The notes beneath the pieces were generated by a model. The model saw nothing but the letters and a program-made list of their open reading frames with translations, searched no databases and had not been told where the DNA came from. Positions 46,938 through 56,724 of a stretch of DNA of 64,000 nt are shown here, in pieces. Origin of the DNA: Alphaproteobacteria bacterium. GTDB lineage: Bacteria > Pseudomonadota > Alphaproteobacteria > UBA828. Every line of letters begins with the position of its first letter. The first letter of the stretch is position 1. A program made the translations under genes and the position numbers. The stretch is from positions 960,001-1,024,000 of the forward strand of contig CAXXMU010000001.1 in the NCBI GenBank assembly GCA_963667785.2. Direction: 5' to 3'.

Positions 46938-48137
46938 TCACGAAATCGATGCCTGTCCGGAATACCCCGTCAGAACATCGGCGGCGATACTGTCGGAAAC
47001 CCGCGCCGCCGAGCCGCGCACCGAGTCCTTCGCAAGATGCGCGTAGCGCGCCGTCGTCTCGACCTGCGTGTGGCCCAGCAGGCGCCCGATCATCGGGAGC
47101 GATTCGCCGAGCGCCAGCGCGCGCGAGGCGTAAGAGTGGCGGCAATCGTGAATGCGAAGGTCCCCGAGCCCCGCGCGCTTGCGGATCGACTGCCAGGTGT
47201 CGTCGATGTTGCGCATCGGCCGTCCGGGGACCCGGCCCGGAATTACGTGCGGGTTGCCCTCGATGCGCGGCACCGCCGCCAGCACGTCCGCCGCCTCCGG
47301 CGAGAGCGAGACCGTGCGCGGCCCGGTCTTGGAGTCGCCGAGGCGAATCTCGTTCGCCTCCAGCTCCACCTCGTCCCACCGAAGGTTCAGGATCTCGCCC
47401 TTGCGGCAGCCGGTCAGCAGCAGCAGACGGATCGCCGCCACCGCATGCGCAGACACCCCCCATGTCTCCGCCTCGTCCAGCACCGCCCCCAGGCGCCGCA
47501 GCTCCTCGTCGGTGAGGAAGCGCTCGCGGCGGCGCTCCCGGTTCTTCGCCACCAGCCGGCACGGATTGTTGCCTGGCGGGATCAGCCCCCGGTCCGCGGC
47601 CGCGTTGTAGACCCGGGACAGCACGTCGACGGCCCGGTTCGCCATCACCGGCGTCTGCCGCAGGCTCTGGTGCAGCTCCGTCACGTGGCCGTGCCCGACC
47701 GCCAGCGCCGGCATCGCGCCGAGCGCCGGCACGATGTGCTTGCCCACCACCTGCCGGTAGGTCTCCGCCGTCTTCGGCTTGCAGTGCGCCGCGACATGGT
47801 CCTCCAGCCAGCGCCGGGCGAGCTCCGCCACCGTCGGACCTTCCCGCTGCGCCGACAGCGGCTCCGCCACCGCGTCCTCGCCCGCCTTGATGCGCGCGAC
47901 GATCAGCGCCGCCCGCCGGCGCGCCTCTTCGGCGCTGATCACCCCGTGCCGGCCCACCGTCACCCGCTTCGCCGCCTTGCCGCCCGCCCGGGTCTGCACC
48001 ACGTAATGCTTGCTCCCGCTGGGATAGACACGCACCCCGAAGCCCGACAGTTCGGAGTCCCAGAACACCGTGTCCTTCTCGACCTTCAGCGCCTCGACCG
48101 TGCGCCGCGAGATCGTCTTCGTCCGGAACCTCGCCAT
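46938..48137 (-). CDS. Tyrosine integrase with arm-binding N-domain (copy 2)
   Basis: WDSELSGFGVRV..SGSK, LTGCRKGEI, KTG, RIHDCRHS, LLGH, TARY. Confidence 0.93.
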   Translation of the reverse strand: MARFRTKTISRRTVEALKVEKDTVFWDSELSGFGVRVYPSGSKHYVVQTRAGGKAAKRVTVGRHGVISAEEARRRAALIVARIKAGEDAVAEPLSAQREGPTVAELARRWLEDHVAAHCKPKTAETYRQVVGKHIVPALGAMPALAVGHGHVTELHQSLRQTPVMANRAVDVLSRVYNAAADRGLIPPGNNPCRLVAKNRERRRERFLTDEELRRLGAVLDEAETWGVSAHAVAAIRLLLLTGCRKGEILNLRWDEVELEANEIRLGDSKTGPRTVSLSPEAADVLAAVPRIEGNPHVIPGRVPGRPMRNIDDTWQSIRKRAGLGDLRIHDCRHSYASRALALGESLPMIGRLLGHTQVETTARYAHLAKDSVRGSAARVSDSIAADVLTGYSGQASIS

Positions 48138-48148
48138 TACCCTTTTCC

Positions 48149-49348
48149 CTACGCCCCGGCTTCCGCCGCGCGCCGCCCGCCGCCGAACAGGTCGGCGCCG
48201 ATGCTCCCGCCCACCTTCGCCGCGGCCGCCTTCTCGGTGTCGCGCGCGAGATGCGCATAGCGCGCCGTCGTCGCGACCTTGCGATGCCCCAGCAGCTCGC
48301 CGATCATCGGCAGCCCCTCGCCGAGAGCCAGCGCCCGCGAGGCAAAGCTGTGGCGGCAGTCATGAATGCGCACGCCGTCCAGTCCGGCGCGCACGCAGAT
48401 GCGCCGCCAGGGCTCGTCGAGGTTCGACAGATGCGTCCCGGGCTTCCTGCCCGCGATCACCCAGGGGTTCTCCTCACTGCGCGGGATGCGGCCGAGCACC
48501 CAATCCACGGCCGGCGTCAGCGGCACCCGCCGCGTGCCCGTCTTCGCATCCGTCAGCCTGATCTCGCCCGCCGTGCGGTCGAGGTCGTCCCACCTGAGCC
48601 TCACGATCTCCATCTTGCGGCATCCCGTCAGCAGCAGGAGGCGGATCGCCGCGATCGCCGAGCCCATCACGGAGCCGTCCGCCTCCGCCGCGTCGAGCGC
48701 CGCGCCGAGCCGGCGGTATTCGTCTGTCGAGAGAAACCGCTCCCGCGGGCGCTCCCGGTAGCGCCGCACCGAGCGGCACGGGTTGCGGTCCGCCGGCACC
48801 AGCCCCCAGGCCTCTGCCAGGCTGTACATCCGGGCGACCGTGTCCACCGTGCGGTTGGCCTGGTAGGGCGTCTCGCGCATCCGGTCGTGCAGCGCCGCGA
48901 TGTGCGAGCGCTCCACCGCGGAGATTGCCAGCGCGCCGAGCTGCGGCACCACGTGCAGCCGGAGGATCGCCCCGAGCGTCTCGACGGTCTTGGGCCGGCA
49001 GTTCACCTCGACATGCGCCTTCATGAAGCGCTCCGCGAGATCGGCCACCGTGGGCTCCGGCTCCGGCTCGCGCGGCACCGGCTCCTCGCCACGCCTGATG
49101 CGGTCGATCATCGCCGCCGCCTGCCGCCGCGCCGCCTTGGGCTGCATCTTGCCGTGACGGCCGACCACGGCCCGCTTCGTTCCCCCCGAAGGCCCCCGCG
49201 CCTGTGCGATGTAGACCTTGCGCCCGCTGCGGTACACTCTCACCCCGAACCCCGGCAGGTCGCGGTCCCAGAACATCGTGTCGCGGCCTGTCGCGGTGAG
49301 CGCGTCCACGCTGCGCACGGTGAGCCTGAGACCGGTATCGCTCGACAT
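48149..49348 (-). CDS. Tyrosine integrase with arm-binding N-domain (copy 1)
   Basis: WDRDLPGFGVRV, LTGCRKMEI, KTG, RIHDCRHS, LLGH, TARY; start chosen at the ATG with AGGGAG RBS. Confidence 0.93.
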   Translation of the reverse strand: MSSDTGLRLTVRSVDALTATGRDTMFWDRDLPGFGVRVYRSGRKVYIAQARGPSGGTKRAVVGRHGKMQPKAARRQAAAMIDRIRRGEEPVPREPEPEPTVADLAERFMKAHVEVNCRPKTVETLGAILRLHVVPQLGALAISAVERSHIAALHDRMRETPYQANRTVDTVARMYSLAEAWGLVPADRNPCRSVRRYRERPRERFLSTDEYRRLGAALDAAEADGSVMGSAIAAIRLLLLTGCRKMEIVRLRWDDLDRTAGEIRLTDAKTGTRRVPLTPAVDWVLGRIPRSEENPWVIAGRKPGTHLSNLDEPWRRICVRAGLDGVRIHDCRHSFASRALALGEGLPMIGELLGHRKVATTARYAHLARDTEKAAAAKVGGSIGADLFGGGRRAAEAGA

Positions 49349-49588
49349 GTCCGCCCACTCCCTCGCTGACCCCAGCGACGCCGCCACCGGCATCGCCCGT
49401 GCATCCGAGCCCGTGGCTTGCCTCTCCCGCCCGGTGGCCGAATCGGACCGAAGTTGTCCTGCGCGGGACCGGTCCCGGATTGCGGAAGCGGATCGCAACC
49501 GACTGGAAACGAATGCGCGCCAATCAAAACCTGTTTCTGCCGCCGATGCAACAGGAGAAAAACAGTGGGGTCAAAATTATTCAGGCGA

Positions 49589-49601
49589 TATCAACCTGTT
49601 A
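49589..49601 (+). promoter_or_regulatory. IHF consensus site in the presumed att region
   Basis: TATCAACCTGTTA matches WATCAANNNNTTR exactly; AT-rich patch upstream of the integrases. Confidence 0.55.
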
Positions 49602-49941
49602 CCGGACGCCTGTCCGCTCTTGGCATCCACGCGGAGCATGCCGCACCCGGTCCAGAGCATACACGATCTGCGTCGCGTCCAGGCGTTCGATCCGCCAGGA
49701 GCGGGCCGAATAGCGTAGCGGGGACTACGGTTGAGGCCCGCGACACCGCGGGCGGGCGCCTGGGCGCGACCCGAAGGGCGACGCTCTCCGGCCGACAGTG
49801 TGCGTCGAGGCGCTTGCCCGATGTCCCCGCATCGCGCTACGCGCCTCTCCTACCCTGTCGGCCGGACAGCGCCGCGCAGACCATGACCGTGGTGAGAAAT
49901 GCAGGCTAGCCGAGGCGCGCTCGGATGTCTGTGGTCCGCGC

Positions 49942-50472
<531 letters not shown>

Positions 50473-50530
50473 GGTTCATCTCCCGTTGGCGGCCACGCAT
50501 GTGGCCGACGCTAGTGTGTTTGTTGCACCA

Positions 50531-51226
50531 TCAATACGGTCTTTTCCCCTGACTTGGGAGTCGGGATGGCGTATCGGCGGCAGCGACCGCGGCCATGAAG
50601 GCGGCGAGCCGGGCCGGATCGAGGGCGCCATCCGTGCGCACGCCGGTGCAGAGATCGACGCCATAGGGGCGGACCCGGCGGATCGCGTCGGCCACGTTCT
50701 CCGCCCTGAGCCCGCCGGCGAGGAACACCGGGCAGGGCGAGTCCGCCACGATGCGCCGGCTGAGCGCCCAGTCGTGCACGCGCCCGGTGCCGCCCAGCTC
50801 CTTCACCGCGCGCGTCGGGTTGCCCGAATCGAGCAGCAGCCCGTCGACCATGGCGGCGATGCTGGCGGCCTCCGCCACGCTCTCCTCGCCGCGCACGTGG
50901 ATCACCTGCACGAGCCTCACGCCGGGCATCGCCTCCTTCAGCGCCGGGTAGGCGGCCGTCGCGAGCGCATCGCAGAGCTGGACGGTGTTGACGCCGCAGC
51001 GGCGCTGCTGGGCGACAATGGCGCCCGCCTCGGTCTCCGAGGTGAGCAGGAAGGTGCCGACGGCAGGCGGCACCGCGGCGGCGATCTCGGCGATCAGCGC
51101 CTCGGCGATTACGCCCGGCCCGCTCGGCATCGCCGAGACCAGCCCGAGCGCATCGGCGCCGGCGGCGACGGCGGCCTCGGCCTCCGCCCGGCTCGAGATG
51201 CAGCAGATCTTGATCCGCGTCCGCAC
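50531..51226 (-). CDS. trpF: Phosphoribosylanthranilate isomerase
   Basis: IKICCI, GADALG, LLLDS, GGTGRVHDW, FLAGGL..ENV, PYGVDL. Confidence 0.88.
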   Translation of the reverse strand: MRTRIKICCISSRAEAEAAVAAGADALGLVSAMPSGPGVIAEALIAEIAAAVPPAVGTFLLTSETEAGAIVAQQRRCGVNTVQLCDALATAAYPALKEAMPGVRLVQVIHVRGEESVAEAASIAAMVDGLLLDSGNPTRAVKELGGTGRVHDWALSRRIVADSPCPVFLAGGLRAENVADAIRRVRPYGVDLCTGVRTDGALDPARLAAFMAAVAAADTPSRLPSQGKRPY

Positions 51227-51291
51227 CGGTCTCGTTCGTATCGGCGGAGTGGCCCGGCCAGACGTCCCTGCCGTCCGGTCCCCGGGCGCGG

Positions 51292-52404
51292 CTAGGCTGC
51301 CGCCCGGTCGCCGAGGGCGCGCCTCAGCCTCGGCATCACCTCCTCGGCCACGAGGCGCATGGAGTTGAGTTGGTGCGCCTTGTGGGTCTCGTTCAGGCAG
51401 TCGGTCGCCGTCATCAGGATGGTGCCGAAGGGCCCCACGTCCTCGCGCAGCGCGAGGATCTGTTCGGCGACCGAGTCCGGATCGCCGGCGATCGAGAAGG
51501 CGTCGCAGGCGTAAGCGGGAGTCACGTCTTCGTCCGCCATCTCGGGCCCGCTCTTCATGATGGCGTGGAAGGCGGCGCGCCGGACGAGCGTCACCAGGTA
51601 GCCGTAGTAGTGGGCGAACGGGCCCTCCGGATCGCGCACGTAGGCCTTGGCCCAGGCGTCGTCGTCTGCAACGAAGATCGAGCGGGCGACGCGCCAGTCC
51701 GCCGGCCCCGGCTCGCGGCCGCTCCGCGCGCAGCCGTCGACGAAGCCCTGCCAGTGGTTCCTGATCGTGGAGACCGGCACGAAGTTGGCCGAGATCACCC
51801 CCCAGCCGCGCGCCGCAGCAGAGCTCACGCCGCCGGATTCCGGGCTCATGGCAGACGCGACCAGCGGCGGATGCGGCTTCTGATAGGGCTTGATCATGGC
51901 GCCCACGCCGAGGTCGGGCCAGTGGTAGTCCTCGAGCCTGAGGGTCCAGTACTTGCCCCTGATGTCGTAGGGCGGATCGGTCGACCAGAGCTTGAGCACC
52001 GTCTCGATGGCTTCTCCCGCCATCTCGCGGCGGACCTGCAGGTCGGTCACGCCGAACATCTCGAAGTCGCTGACGAGGCCGCCGGGGCTCACGCCGAGGA
52101 TCAGCCTTCCGTCGCTGAGGTGATCCAGCAGGGCCGCGTGGGCGGCGGTCTGCACCGGATGGCGCTGAGGCAGGTTGACCACGCCGGTGCCGAGCTTCAT
52201 GTGCGTGGTCCGCGCGATCAGGTTGGAGAGGAACATGAAGGGACAGGTCACCGGCTCGCTCAGCGTAGTGTAGTGCTCGCCGATCCAGAACTCGTCGAAG
52301 CCGAGGCGGTCGCAGGCGACCGCGATCTCCACGTCCTCCTTGAGAACCGTGTGGGTATCCCGCCGGTGGTCGTTCACCGGCATCATGAACATGCCGAGCT
52401 TCAT
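51292..52404 (-). CDS. LLM-class (luciferase-like) flavin-dependent monooxygenase
   Basis: GFDEFWIGEHY, KLGTGVVNLP..HP, LDHLSDGRL, PYQKPHPP. Confidence 0.9.
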   Translation of the reverse strand: MKLGMFMMPVNDHRRDTHTVLKEDVEIAVACDRLGFDEFWIGEHYTTLSEPVTCPFMFLSNLIARTTHMKLGTGVVNLPQRHPVQTAAHAALLDHLSDGRLILGVSPGGLVSDFEMFGVTDLQVRREMAGEAIETVLKLWSTDPPYDIRGKYWTLRLEDYHWPDLGVGAMIKPYQKPHPPLVASAMSPESGGVSSAAARGWGVISANFVPVSTIRNHWQGFVDGCARSGREPGPADWRVARSIFVADDDAWAKAYVRDPEGPFAHYYGYLVTLVRRAAFHAIMKSGPEMADEDVTPAYACDAFSIAGDPDSVAEQILALREDVGPFGTILMTATDCLNETHKAHQLNSMRLVAEEVMPRLRRALGDRAAA

Positions 52405-52498
52405 GCCGCCCCCTCTTCAGGCCGGGCCGGACTGAAACACGGACCGGCGGTGCGGGGCAAGCGTCGGCCCCGGCGCGGCCGGCTCGGCCGGCGCGGGC

Positions 52499-53536
52499 TC
52501 AGCACTCTTCGATCGCGCCGCCGGCCTCGCGCCACGAGGCGATGCCGCCGATCATGTGGCAGACATTGCCGATGCCGCCCTGGCGCGAGGTCTCGACCGC
52601 CATCGCCGAGCGCTCGCCGAAGGCGCAGTAGTAGACGAGCCGGTGCCCGGGACGCGCGGCCAGCGCGCGCAGCACGCCGCCTGGGCCGATCATGTCCGCC
52701 AGTCCGCCGTAGGGCGCGTGGATGGAGCCGGGGATCGCCCCCTCGCGCTCGCGCTCGCCGGTCTCCCGCAGGTCGACGAGGATGTCGTCGGGCCGGTGGC
52801 CATGCATGACCTCGTCTGCGCTCAGCGCGCACTCGGGGTGCGCGTCGTCCGCCTGGCCGCGGCCGACGCGGAGATTGGCCGGCACCGCCACGTCCATCAT
52901 CTTCGGGTTGGCAAGGTCCAGCGCATTCATCAGCGCGGCATAGTCGGCGGCCGAGGCGGCCTGGAGGCGGGGATTGAAGCGCCGCTCCTCGCCGATGGTG
53001 CTCACCGTGTCGCCCTTGTAGTCGTGGCCGGGATAGACCAGCGTCTCGTCCGGCAGCGTCAGCAGCTTGCCGAAGAGCGAATCGTACTGCTGCAGGGCAT
53101 CGCCGTTCTGGAAGTCGGTGCGCCCGGTGCCCCGGATCAGCAGCGTGTCGCCTGTGAAGACGCGGTCCTCCATGACGAAGCTGTAGGATTCGGCCGTATG
53201 GCCGGGGGTGTGCAGCGCGCGCAGGCTGACGCCGTCGACCGCCACCTCGTCGCCGTCGCCGACGCGCATGGAGACCACGTCCACCGGCGCCTCCCGGCCC
53301 ATCACGGTGACGCAGCGCGTGCGGTCGCGGAGCTCCGCCATGCCGCTGATGTGGTCGGCGTGGACGTGGGTGTCCACGACCTTGGCGAGCGTCAGCCCGA
53401 GCTCGTCGAGCAGGGTGAGATAGCGCTCCACCTGCTCCTGCACCGGGTCGATGACGAGGGCCTCGCCGCCGGCGCGGCCGCCGAGCAGGTAGGTGTAGGT
53501 CCCCGAGGTCTGGTGATAGAGCTGGCGAAAGATCAT
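52499..53536 (-). CDS. ETHE1-like persulfide dioxygenase (MBL fold) fused to rhodanese
   Basis: DTHVHADHISG, TPGHT, GTGRTDFQNGD, YPGHDY; C-terminal YCAFGERS. Confidence 0.9.
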   Translation of the reverse strand: MIFRQLYHQTSGTYTYLLGGRAGGEALVIDPVQEQVERYLTLLDELGLTLAKVVDTHVHADHISGMAELRDRTRCVTVMGREAPVDVVSMRVGDGDEVAVDGVSLRALHTPGHTAESYSFVMEDRVFTGDTLLIRGTGRTDFQNGDALQQYDSLFGKLLTLPDETLVYPGHDYKGDTVSTIGEERRFNPRLQAASAADYAALMNALDLANPKMMDVAVPANLRVGRGQADDAHPECALSADEVMHGHRPDDILVDLRETGEREREGAIPGSIHAPYGGLADMIGPGGVLRALAARPGHRLVYYCAFGERSAMAVETSRQGGIGNVCHMIGGIASWREAGGAIEEC

Positions 53537-53631
53537 CGCCCGTCATCCGCCGGTCGAATCGTCCGCGCCATTGTAAGGCCTCGGCGCACCCTCGGACCAC
53601 CGGGCAACGCTGTCGGTAGCGGAGGCTGCCG

Positions 53632-54276
53632 CTACCGCCGTTCCCCGCATTTGCGCCAGACCGTCGCCAGCCAGGGCTGCTCGGCGCGGGGGCGGCCGGG
53701 CGGCCGGTAGTAGTGGTGGAGCTCGGCGAAGCCTGCGCCGGTGACGAGCGCCCGCCAGGTCTCGAGGTCGTAGAAGCAGCCGTAGCGGCCGCCGACCCAG
53801 CCTTCCTCGTTGGCGCCGCGCGGGTTCGAGCAGAAGAGCACGCCGCCGGGCTTCAGCGCCGCCGCGAGATCGGCCAGCACGCGCGCAATCTGGCTGCTCG
53901 GCACGTGGAAGAGCGCGGCGTTGGCGAAGATCCCGTCGAAGCGGGCGTGCGGCAGGTCGAGGGCGAGGAAATCCTGGTGCAGCACCGGGCAGTCGCCCTC
54001 GGCCCGTGCCAGCGCCACCAGCGCACCTGCGCCGTCGAGCCCCGTCACGTCGTGGCCGAGGGCAGCGAAGGCGCGCAGATCCCGGCCCGGGCCGCAGCCG
54101 AGATCGAGGATCGAATAGGGCGCTTCGCCCTCGATCGCCTCCAGGAGCGCCGCGATGTTCTGGCTCACGTCGTGGTCTGCCGTGCCGAGGCGGTAGGCAT
54201 CCGCCATGCGGTCGTATTCCGCCAGCGTGATGGCGACAGCCTCCCTGGCTTCCTCGTCTCGCGCGGATCTGTTCAT
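53632..54276 (-). CDS. Class I SAM-dependent methyltransferase
   Basis: ILDLGCGPGRD, FDGIFANAALFH, LKPGG. Confidence 0.9.
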   Translation of the reverse strand: MNRSARDEEAREAVAITLAEYDRMADAYRLGTADHDVSQNIAALLEAIEGEAPYSILDLGCGPGRDLRAFAALGHDVTGLDGAGALVALARAEGDCPVLHQDFLALDLPHARFDGIFANAALFHVPSSQIARVLADLAAALKPGGVLFCSNPRGANEEGWVGGRYGCFYDLETWRALVTGAGFAELHHYYRPPGRPRAEQPWLATVWRKCGERR

Positions 54277-54347
54277 TGAATCAATGCGTTGGCGGCGCGA
54301 TGGCCGCAGGGGTGGGACTGCGCTAGACTCGGGGGAAGGGAGGCCGC

Positions 54348-56714
54348 ATGAGCCAGCTCGTGAACGAACCGGCCGTCGCGCCGGAGACCCTTGCCTGCCT
54401 GAACGCGCTCGAGCGCAAAGTGCTGTGGCTGTCGTCGTGGATGGTCCACAACGCGAACCATCTTCGCCCGGCCGAGGACGGGCTCAAGGTGGGCGGGCAC
54501 CAGGCCTCCTGCGCCTCGGTCGCGACGCTGATGACGGCGCTCTACTTCGATGTGCTCGGGCCGAACGACCGGGTCGCGGTGAAGCCCCACGCGAGCCCGG
54601 TCTTCCACGCGATCCAGTACCTCTTCGGCAACCAGACTCAGGCCAAGCTGGAGGGCTTCAGGGCCTTCGGCGGGGCGCAGAGCTATCCGTCGCGCACCAA
54701 GGACAGCGACGATGTCGACATCTCCACGGGCTCGGTCGGGCTCGGCGTCGGCATGACGCTCTTCGCCTCCATGGTCCAGGACTATGTGCGCTTCCACAAG
54801 CTCGCGCCGGAGGAGCGCGCGCCCGGCCGCATGATCGCGATCGTGGGCGACGCGGAGCTCGACGAGGGCAACGTCTTCGAGGCGCTGCTGGAGGGCTGGA
54901 AGCACGATGTCCACAACCTCTGGTGGATCATCGACTATAACCGCCAGAGCCTCGATCGCGTGGTCTCCGATCGGCTGTTCCAGAAGATCAAGGACTTCTT
55001 CCAGGCGGTCGGCTGGAAGGTGGTGATCCTGAAGTACGGCCGCCGCCAGCAGGCCGCCTTCGCCAGGCCCGGCGGCGAGTCGCTCCGCCAGTGGATCGAC
55101 GACTGCCCCAACGAGCTCTACTGCGCGCTCACCTTCAAGGGCGGCGCCGCCTGGCGCGAACGGCTGCTGCAGGACATCGGCACTGTCGCCGGCGTGAAGA
55201 CGCTGCTCGCCGGCTACGACGACGACGGCCTGCAGGACCTGATGACCAATCTCGCCGGTCACGACATGGAAGCGGTGCTGGAGGCGCTGCGCGAGGTCGA
55301 TTCCGACGTTCCCCACTGCTTCATTGCTTACACCATCAAGGGCTTCGGCCTCCCCTTCGCCGGCCACAAGGACAACCACGCCGGCATCATGACCGAAGAG
55401 CAGATGGCCGGATTCCGCGCCGCGATGGACGTGGACGAGGGCGCCGAGTGGTCGCGCTTCGCCGGCCTCGGGCTCGACGAGAAGACCCTGAAGGAGTTCA
55501 TCGCGGCGGTGCCCTTCAACCGCAAGCCGGGCCGGCACTCGGCGCCCCGCGTGGCGCTGCCCGACTCGCTGCCCTTCCGCCCCGGCCCCCGCATGTCCAC
55601 GCAGGAGGCCTTCGGCCGCATCCTCAACGAGCTCGGCAAGGGCGAGAGCGCGCTCGCCGAGCGCATCGTCACCACCTCGCCCGATGTCACGGTCTCCACC
55701 AATCTCGGCGGCTGGGTGAACCAGCGCGGCATCTTCGACCGTGCCGACCGGGAGGACGTCTTCCGCTCGGAAAAGGTGGTCTCGATGCAGAAGTGGTCGC
55801 TCAGCCGGAACGGCCAGCACATCGAGCTCGGGATCGCGGAGAACAACCTCTTCCTGCTGCTGGCGGCGCTCGGGCTCGCGGACGGCTTCTACGGCACCCG
55901 GCTGCTGCCGGTGGGCACGGTGTACGATCCCTTCATCGCCCGCGGCCTCGATGCGCTCAACTACGCCTGCTATCAGGACGCGCGCTTCATGCTGGCGGGC
56001 ACGCCGTCCGGCATTACGCTGGCACCCGAGGGCGGCGCGCACCAGTCGGTCGGCACGCCGCTGCTCGGCATGGGCCAGCCGGGGCTCACCTCGTTCGAGC
56101 CCGCCTTCGCCGACGAGCTCGCCGAGATCATGCTGTGGGGCTTCGGCCACCTGCAGGAGCCTTCGGGCGGCGCCTTCTATTGCCGCCTCTCCACCCGCAC
56201 CATCGACCAGCCGGCGCGCGAGGTCGATGCGGCGCTGCGGAGCGACATCCTGGCCGGCGGCTACTGGCAGGTGGAGCCCGGCGCGCAGGCGCCGCTGGCC
56301 GTGGTCTATTCCGGCGCCGTCGCGCCCGAGGTCCAGGCGGCCCACGAAGCGCTGGCGGACGAGATACCGGGGATCGGCCTGCTCTGCGTCACCTCGGCCG
56401 ACCGGCTCTATTCGGATCTGCTTGCGGCGGCCGGCGCGCGCGCGAGCGGCGAGGTGCCGCCCGTGGCGCATGCGGAGACCCTGCTCGCCCGGCTGCCGGC
56501 CGATGCGTCGCTGGTCACCGTACTGGACGGTCACCCGGCGGCGCTCTCATGGCTCGGTACGGTCGCAGGCCACCGCGCCTATCCGCTGGGCGTCACGGGC
56601 TTCGGCGAATCCGGCGACATCCCTGCGCTCTACGCCAAGCACCGGATCGACACCGACGCCATCCTCGACATGGCAGCGCTCGCCTGCGTCGACCGCGCCC
56701 GGCGCCGCAACTGA
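54348..56714 (+). CDS. Transketolase-like / pyruvate dehydrogenase E1-like ThDP enzyme
   Basis: KVGGHQAS, STGSVGLG, GDAELDEG..N ThDP motif, ELGIAE, EGGAHQS. Confidence 0.88.
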   Translation: MSQLVNEPAVAPETLACLNALERKVLWLSSWMVHNANHLRPAEDGLKVGGHQASCASVATLMTALYFDVLGPNDRVAVKPHASPVFHAIQYLFGNQTQAKLEGFRAFGGAQSYPSRTKDSDDVDISTGSVGLGVGMTLFASMVQDYVRFHKLAPEERAPGRMIAIVGDAELDEGNVFEALLEGWKHDVHNLWWIIDYNRQSLDRVVSDRLFQKIKDFFQAVGWKVVILKYGRRQQAAFARPGGESLRQWIDDCPNELYCALTFKGGAAWRERLLQDIGTVAGVKTLLAGYDDDGLQDLMTNLAGHDMEAVLEALREVDSDVPHCFIAYTIKGFGLPFAGHKDNHAGIMTEEQMAGFRAAMDVDEGAEWSRFAGLGLDEKTLKEFIAAVPFNRKPGRHSAPRVALPDSLPFRPGPRMSTQEAFGRILNELGKGESALAERIVTTSPDVTVSTNLGGWVNQRGIFDRADREDVFRSEKVVSMQKWSLSRNGQHIELGIAENNLFLLLAALGLADGFYGTRLLPVGTVYDPFIARGLDALNYACYQDARFMLAGTPSGITLAPEGGAHQSVGTPLLGMGQPGLTSFEPAFADELAEIMLWGFGHLQEPSGGAFYCRLSTRTIDQPAREVDAALRSDILAGGYWQVEPGAQAPLAVVYSGAVAPEVQAAHEALADEIPGIGLLCVTSADRLYSDLLAAAGARASGEVPPVAHAETLLARLPADASLVTVLDGHPAALSWLGTVAGHRAYPLGVTGFGESGDIPALYAKHRIDTDAILDMAALACVDRARRRN

Positions 56715-56724
56715 CCTCGGCAGG

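Larger units (their letters stand above)
1..49625. mobile_element. Integrative conjugative element (MPF_F T4SS, MOB_F relaxase, tandem tyrosine integrases); left boundary probably outside the window, right boundary approximate
   Basis: oriT motif, tra operon, repressor/excisionase pair, cargo and two integrases, followed by metabolic genes from 49942. Confidence 0.85.

Noticed and set aside
49638-49718. IHDLRR peptide resembling integrase box II
   Set aside because: Six residues with no flanking recombinase motifs; chance match likely
49625-49941. tRNA or tmRNA integration target next to the integrases
   Set aside because: No cloverleaf or convincing T-arm/CCA end found on either strand
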